From Bacteroidaceae bacterium (GTDB taxonomy: Bacteria; Bacillota_I; Bacilli_A; RFN20; CAG-826): 64,000 nucleotides of DNA. The notes under the pieces are model-generated. The model saw only the letters and a program-made list of their open reading frames with translations. It was not told the origin of the DNA and ran no database searches. Below, one piece after another: positions 58,601-64,000 of the stretch. How positions within the stretch are numbered: the first letter of the stretch is position 1; every line of letters starts with the position of its first letter. Where the stretch lies: the NCBI GenBank assembly GCA_963624045.1, contig CAVFNI010000007.1, positions 21,935-85,934 on the forward strand. Reading direction: 5' to 3'. The position numbers were made by a program, and so were the translations under genes.

Positions 58601-59935
58601 TCCCGTAAGGGTGGTGCTGATACCGCTTTAAAGACGGCCGACTCAGGCTATTTGACCCGCCGTTTGGTCGACGTCGCGCAAGATGTCATCGTCCGTGAGG
58701 AAGATTGTCATTGCGACCATGGCTTCAAAGTCCGGGAAATCGTCGATACGGCCCGCAAAGTCGTCATTGTTAAACTTGAAGATCGTTTGATCGGACGTTT
58801 CGCGATGCATGATATCGTTAACCCCGAAACGGGCGAAGTCATCGTTAAAGGGAATACGCTCATCGGCCTCGAAGGCGCGAAAGCTATCGTTGCCGCCGGA
58901 ATTAAAGAAGTGGAGATCCGCTCCTTATTCACCTGCAACACCAAAAATGGCGTTTGCCAACACTGTTATGGTCTTAACATGGCCACGGGTCACTTGGTAG
59001 AACTTGGCGAAGCTGTCGGCATCATGGCGGCCCAATCCATCGGCGAGCCTGGCACGCAGTTAACGATGCGTGTCTTCCACACCGGCGGTATGGCTACTAC
59101 CGATATCACCCAAGGTCTTCCCCGTGTCCAAGAACTTGTCGAAGCCCGTAACCCGAAAGGCGAAGCTCTCATCAGCGAAATTGATGGTATTGTTGAAGCC
59201 ATCAAAGACGATGGCGATGGTCGCTATATCGTGACCATCCGCTCGACGAGCGAAAAGACCGCCGAAAGCGATGTCGCGGAAGTGAAAAACTACACGACGG
59301 GATTCGGTGTGCGTCTACGCGTTAAGAAGGGCGACCACGTCGAAGCCGGTGGCAAGATCACCGAAGGCGCCATCAACCCGAAGCAACTCCTTGAAGTAAG
59401 CGACGTCGAGAAAGTCGAAGTCTATATGATCAAGGAAATCCAAAAGGTCTATGCCGCTCAGGGTATCGACATCAGCGATAAGCATTTGGAGGTCATTATC
59501 CGTCAGATGCTTCGTAAGATGGTCGTCATCGATGGTGGAGACACGCCGCTTCTTCCTGGCACCCGCGTGGATGTCGATCGCTTCAAAGAAGCCAATAAGG
59601 CCGCGCTCATCGCTGGCAAACGTCCTGCCGTTGGGCATCCGCTCGTCCTTGGCATCACCAAAGCCGCCTTGGAGACGGACAGCTTCCTTAGCGCCGCTTC
59701 CTTCCAAGAGACGACTCGCGTCCTTACTGACGCCGCCATCAAAGCAAAGACCGATCCGCTCCATGGCTTGAAGGAGAATGTCATCACTGGCAAGCTCATT
59801 CCGGCTGGCACTGGCCTTCTAAGCGAAGCTGACGAAGAAGAGCGCCTCGGCTACTTCGACGTCTTGACTCATATGCAAGAAGTCAAAGCCCAATATATCG
59901 AGGCCCATGACCGTCAAGAGGTTATTGACCGCTAA
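55691..59935 (+). CDS. rpoC: DNA-directed RNA polymerase subunit beta-prime (1414 aa, with lineage-specific insertions)
   Basis: The zinc site [20 protein letters not shown], the active site [12 protein letters not shown] and [16 protein letters not shown]. Confidence 0.97.
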   Translation: [1414 protein letters not shown]

Positions 59936-59941
59936 AATATG

Positions 59942-59982
59942 GATTCCCTTGGCAAAACCGCCAGGGGGGAATCTTATCTTAT
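59942..59982 (+). terminator. Rho-independent terminator after rpoC
   Basis: Hairpin GATTCCCTTGGC-loop-GCCAGGGGGGAATC followed by TTATCTTAT. Confidence 0.6.
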
Positions 59983-60004
59983 TGATAGATAAAGGAGAAA
60001 AAAC

Positions 60005-60214
60005 ATGAAATTAGCCGCTTTTATTCTTTGCTTGTTATCCACCATCGGCATGGGATGTTTACTCATCCCGCTTATTTGGTGCATTCCGATGACGGTGAAG
60101 GTTTATCGCGCCTATAAGAACAACGAAAAGCTTTCTGTTGGCTTTAGCATTTGCACCTTGCTATTCGTTAGCCTAATCGGTGGTGTCTTGCTTCTTTGCG
60201 ATACCGACAATTAA
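60005..60214 (+). CDS. Small 2-TM membrane protein, unknown function
   Basis: AAGGAGAAAAAAC SD upstream and two hydrophobic segments. Length is 69 aa. Confidence 0.45.
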   Translation: MKLAAFILCLLSTIGMGCLLIPLIWCIPMTVKVYRAYKNNEKLSVGFSICTLLFVSLIGGVLLLCDTDN

Positions 60215-60292
60215 AGAATATTTTCGTTGCTTTAATCGAGCGGCGATAAAGTCCACTCACACCGGCGTGTCAAAAATTGAATAATTTCGTTG

Positions 60293-60321
60293 TTGACACG
60301 CTTTTTATGTTGTTTTATCAT
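60293..60321 (+). promoter_or_regulatory. Sigma-A-type promoter of the str operon
   Basis: TTGACA (60293-60298), a 17-bp spacer, then TATCAT (60316-60321). Confidence 0.7.
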
Positions 60322-60409
60322 CTTGCACGAACGCGAGGGCAAGGCCCTAGCGATGGCAAGATGACACGCCAATGGCGGTGGACATCAAAAGAACAAAGGA
60401 GAATTGGAA

Positions 60410-60829
60410 ATGCCAACGATCAACCAACTCGTTCGCTCTGGCAGGAAATCCAATGTCAAGAAGTCGAAGACTCCGGCTCTTGGCAAACGTTGGAATTCCT
60501 TAGTCAAAGTGGCGAAAGACCAACCCAGTGCCCAAAAGCGCGGCGTCTGCACCCGTGTCGGCACAATGACCCCGAAGAAACCGAACTCGGCGCTTAGAAA
60601 ATACGCCCGTGTCCGTCTCTCTAATGGGTACGAAGTTACCGCCTATATCGGCGGCGAAGGACATAACCTTCAAGAGCATAGCACCGTCATGATCCGGGGC
60701 GGACGTGTCAAGGATCTCCCTGGCGTCCGTTATCACATCATTCGCGGATGCCTCGACTGCGCGGGCATCGAAGCCCGCCGCCAAGGCCGCAGCCAATATG
60801 GCACCAAGAAACCGGCCCCGGCCAAATAA
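60410..60829 (+). CDS. rpsL: 30S ribosomal protein S12
   Basis: Motifs [31 protein letters not shown] and [14 protein letters not shown]. Confidence 0.97.
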   Translation: MPTINQLVRSGRKSNVKKSKTPALGKRWNSLVKVAKDQPSAQKRGVCTRVGTMTPKKPNSALRKYARVRLSNGYEVTAYIGGEGHNLQEHSTVMIRGGRVKDLPGVRYHIIRGCLDCAGIEARRQGRSQYGTKKPAPAK

Positions 60830-60848
60830 TTAGGAAAGGAAAGATCAC

Positions 60849-61319
60849 ATGTCACGCAAAGGAAAAATCGAAAAGCGGGATGTTCTTCCCGATCCAATTT
60901 ACAACACCAAATTGGTTACCCGTTTGATTAACCGCGTTATGTATGATGGCAAACGCGGCACGGCCCAAACGATCATCTATAACAGCTTCAAGATCATCGA
61001 AGAGAAGACCCAGAAGCCGGCGATGGATGTCTTCGCGACCGCTATCGCGAACATCATGCCGGAAGTCGAACTTAAGGTTCGTCGCATCGGCGCCGCCAAC
61101 TACCAAGTCCCAGTCGAAGTGAGCCCCGAAAGAAAGCAAACGCTCGGTCTTCGTTGGCTCGTTACCTATTCCAGGCTTCGCAATGAGAAGACCATGGAAC
61201 AGAAATTGGCTGGCGAGATCATCGATGCCGCCAATGGCAATGGTGGAGCCGTCAAGAAGAAAGAAGACGTCCATAAGATGGCCGAAGCCAACAAGGCTTA
61301 TGCCCATTATCGCTGGTAA
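60849..61319 (+). CDS. rpsG: 30S ribosomal protein S7
   Basis: Motifs [24 protein letters not shown] and [10 protein letters not shown]. Confidence 0.97.
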   Translation: MSRKGKIEKRDVLPDPIYNTKLVTRLINRVMYDGKRGTAQTIIYNSFKIIEEKTQKPAMDVFATAIANIMPEVELKVRRIGAANYQVPVEVSPERKQTLGLRWLVTYSRLRNEKTMEQKLAGEIIDAANGNGGAVKKKEDVHKMAEANKAYAHYRW

Positions 61320-61334
61320 TTAAGGAGAAGATAG

Positions 61335-63431
61335 ATGGCCAACGACGAAAACATGATCACGGAGACCGACAACTACGATCTCCCTCATACCCGCAACATC
61401 GGCATCATGGCCCACATCGATGCTGGAAAAACGACGACCACCGAACGTATTCTCTATTATACCGGCCGTACCCACAAAATCGGCGAAGTCCATGAAGGCA
61501 CCGCCGTTATGGACTGGATGGTTGAGGAGCAAGAACGCGGCGTCACCATCACCGCAAGCGCCACAACCGCTTTCTGGAAGAATTACCGCGTTAACATCAT
61601 CGACACTCCAGGGCACGTCGACTTCACGGTTGAAGTTGAACGCTCCCTCCGCGTCCTCGATGGCGCTGTCACCGTTCTTGATTCCAAAAACGGCGTTGAG
61701 CCGCAAACGGAGACCGTCTGGCGTCAAGCCGACAAATACAACGTCCCTCGTATTGTCTTCTGCAATAAGATGGATGCCATCGGCGCCGACTTCTTCATGT
61801 GCCTTGATTCGCTCAAAGAGCGTTTAGGCGTCAGCTATGCCGCCTTCCAATACCCAATCGGCAAGGAAAGTGGATTCATCGGCGAAATTGACCTTGTTCG
61901 CATGGTCGCTTGGACCTATACACAAGATAAGGATGTCCCTCCAACCGAAGGGCCTATCCCCGAGGAACTTAAGGCCAAAGCGCAAGAATATCACGAGAAG
62001 CTTCTCGAAGCCCTCGCCAATTATGATGACGAATTGATGCTCGACATCCTCGATGGCAAAGAGCCAACGGTCGAGAAAATCAAAGAAGTCGCCCGCAAAG
62101 CGACCATCACTGGCAAATTCTTCCCGGTCTTCTGCGGAACCGCCTTCAAAAACAAAGGCGTTCAATTGCTTCTCGATGCCGTTATCGACTATTTGCCCTC
62201 TCCTCTTGATATCCCTGGGGAACCGGGCGAACTCAAAGGTGAGCCGTATACTTGCAAAACGACCGACGATGCTCCGTTTGTCGGGTTGGCGTTTAAAATC
62301 GCTACCGACCCCTTCATCGGCCGTCTGGCTTATGTGCGTGTCTACCAAGGCGTCCTTAAGAGCGGAACTTATGTCTATAACAGCAGCCGTGGCAACCAAG
62401 AGCGTATCGCCCGTTTGGTTCTCATGCACGCTAACCACCGTCAAGAGGTTCCTTGCCTTCATGCTGGTGAAATCGGTGCGGTTGTCGGTTTAAAGAACAC
62501 GACGACTGGCGATACCCTCTGTGATTCCGACAATCCCGTCGTTCTCGAGAGGCTCGAATTCCCTGAACCGGTCTTGGAAGAAGCGGTTGAGCCGAAGACT
62601 AAAGCCGACCAAGAGAAGATGTCGGTGGCCCTTCAGAAATTGGCTGAAGAAGACCCGACCTTCCGTGTTCATACGGATAACGAAACCGGCCAAACCATCA
62701 TCGGTGGCGTCGGTGAACTTCAACTTGAGGTTCTCATCGAACGTATGCGCCGCGAATTCTCGGTGGACGTCAACGTCGGCAAACCGCAAGTCAATTACCG
62801 CGAGACCATCCGCAAGAGTGGCGAAGCCGAAGGCCGTTACATCAAACAGACCGGCGGTCATGGTCAATATGGCGACGTTTGGATTCGTTTCGAACCCAAT
62901 CCAGGCAAAGGCTTTGAATTCGTCGACGCCATCGTCGGCGGCGCCGTTCCGAAAGAATTCATCAAGCCGACCCAACAAGGTCTCGAAGAAGCCCTTAACC
63001 GCGGCATCGTGGCCGGCTACCCCATCATCGACATCAAAGCGACCCTCTTTGACGGATCCTATCACGATGTTGATTCTAGCGAAGCTGCGTATAAGATTGC
63101 CGCTTCGATGGCCCTTAAGGCCGCTGGCGTCAAGTGCGACCCCGTCATCTTAGAACCTATCATGAAGGTGACAATCACGGTGCCAGAACAATATTATGGC
63201 GATGTCATTGGCGACGTTTCCCGCCGCCGTGGCAACATCAACACCGAATCGCAGCGCGGCAACGCCAAAGAGCTCGAATGCTTCGTGCCGCTCGCTGAAA
63301 TGTTCGGTTACGTCACCGACCTTCGTTCCTTGACGCAAGGACGCGGCAACTTCATGATGAGTTTCGATCATTATGGAGAATGCCCGCGCTACATCCAGGA
63401 CAACATCATCAAGAACAGTAACGCTCACTAG
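61335..63431 (+). CDS. fusA: Elongation factor G
   Basis: Motifs [31 protein letters not shown] and CNKMD. Confidence 0.97.
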   Translation: MANDENMITETDNYDLPHTRNIGIMAHIDAGKTTTTERILYYTGRTHKIGEVHEGTAVMDWMVEEQERGVTITASATTAFWKNYRVNIIDTPGHVDFTVEVERSLRVLDGAVTVLDSKNGVEPQTETVWRQADKYNVPRIVFCNKMDAIGADFFMCLDSLKERLGVSYAAFQYPIGKESGFIGEIDLVRMVAWTYTQDKDVPPTEGPIPEELKAKAQEYHEKLLEALANYDDELMLDILDGKEPTVEKIKEVARKATITGKFFPVFCGTAFKNKGVQLLLDAVIDYLPSPLDIPGEPGELKGEPYTCKTTDDAPFVGLAFKIATDPFIGRLAYVRVYQGVLKSGTYVYNSSRGNQERIARLVLMHANHRQEVPCLHAGEIGAVVGLKNTTTGDTLCDSDNPVVLERLEFPEPVLEEAVEPKTKADQEKMSVALQKLAEEDPTFRVHTDNETGQTIIGGVGELQLEVLIERMRREFSVDVNVGKPQVNYRETIRKSGEAEGRYIKQTGGHGQYGDVWIRFEPNPGKGFEFVDAIVGGAVPKEFIKPTQQGLEEALNRGIVAGYPIIDIKATLFDGSYHDVDSSEAAYKIAASMALKAAGVKCDPVILEPIMKVTITVPEQYYGDVIGDVSRRRGNINTESQRGNAKELECFVPLAEMFGYVTDLRSLTQGRGNFMMSFDHYGECPRYIQDNIIKNSNAH

Positions 63432-63523
63432 TTACCTAGTGGTAAATGTTGCGAACATTCAAGAACTGCTCTATCATTACTACGCGAACTTTCTAAAGAA
63501 ACCATTCTTGGAGGAATTAAAAA

Positions 63524-64000
63524 ATGGCAAAAGAGAAATTCAATCGTGACCGCGTCCACGTTAACGTTGGTACCATCGGTCACATCGACCACGGCAAAAC
63601 GACCTTAACGGCCGCTATCTGCCACGTCCTTAGCCTCGTTGGCAAAGAGACCAACGGCGCTGGAGGCAACGCCAAAGACGTCGGCTATGCCGGCATCGAC
63701 AGCACGCCAGAAGAGCGCGCTCGTGGCATCACCATCAATTCTGCTCACGAAGAGTATGAAACCGCGCATCGTCACTATGCGCACGTCGACTGCCCAGGGC
63801 ACGCCGACTACATCAAGAACATGATCACCGGCGCCGCCCAAATGGATGCCGCTATCCTTGTTGTCGCCGCCACTGACGGCGTCATGCCGCAAACCCGTGA
63901 GCACGTCTTGCTCGCCCGTCAAGTCGGTGTTCCTTCCATCATCGTTTTCCTTAATAAGTGCGATATGGTCGACGATCCCGAACTTATCGACCTTGTCGAA
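63524..64000 (+). CDS. tuf: Elongation factor Tu, N-terminal part (runs off the right edge)
   Basis: Manual translation gives [32 protein letters not shown]...[29 protein letters not shown] lies upstream. Confidence 0.95.
   Translation, partial: MAKEKFNRDRVHVNVGTIGHIDHGKTTLTAAICHVLSLVGKETNGAGGNAKDVGYAGIDSTPEERARGITINSAHEEYETAHRHYAHVDCPGHADYIKNMITGAAQMDAAILVVAATDGVMPQTREHVLLARQVGVPSIIVFLNKCDMVDDPELIDLVE

Noticed and set aside
60277-60597. A 106-aa ORF overlapping the rpsL leader and the 5' end of the gene.
   Set aside because: It is out of frame with rpsL, Arg/Gln/Trp-rich, and has no SD. The region is explained by the str promoter, the leader and rpsL.

Overview
This window comes from a roughly 50% GC bacterium that uses the standard genetic code (UGA is a stop). 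It looks like an anaerobic Firmicutes/Mollicutes-related organism, because it carries nrdD and an [FeFe]-hydrogenase. About two thirds of the window is the translation/transcription core in Bacillus-like order. That core comprises the S10-spc-alpha ribosomal superoperon (rpsJ to rplQ, 15.96-31.23 kb, including secY-adk-map-infA-rpmJ), cysS-rlmB-sigH-like, rpmG-secE-nusG, rplKAJL, an RsmC-like methyltransferase, rpoB-rpoC, and rpsL-rpsG-fusA-tuf (tuf runs off the right edge). The left 15 kb holds a partial nrdD, mscL, a RimK-like ATP-grasp ligase, a glutamine-dependent NAD synthetase, a GtrA-like protein, two FAD oxidoreductases, membrane proteins and a P-loop kinase. It also holds a preQ1-I riboswitch followed by queT-tgt-queA-queH. 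Between rplQ and cysS lie lemA/DUF3137, a HydC-HydB-HydA trimeric [FeFe]-hydrogenase operon, a HAD phosphatase and membrane proteins. Two insertions interrupt the conserved order. The first is an AT-rich ~3.1-kb island (42182-45303) between the sigH-like gene and rpmG. It carries a chimeric P-loop/HTH ORF and a translationally coupled four-gene cassette: DUF4417-like, toxin-like, immunity-like and KptA/Tpt1. This cassette is my best candidate for an undescribed NAD+/RNA-centred conflict system. The second is an ArsR-family repressor plus P1B metal ATPase operon between nusG and rplK, with two identical 7-6-7 operators. Other points of interest are listed in the findings: three 18-bp repeats phased at exactly 32 bp, a Phd/YefM-like domain fused to NadE, a natural TSCSP variant of the HydA proton-relay motif, Lys/Ala/Pro/Glu-rich extensions on many ribosomal proteins (with a 24-nt identical segment shared by rplV and rplE), and insertions in beta-prime and MscL. 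All family calls rest on reading the translated sequences and on remembered family hallmarks. No database search was run.
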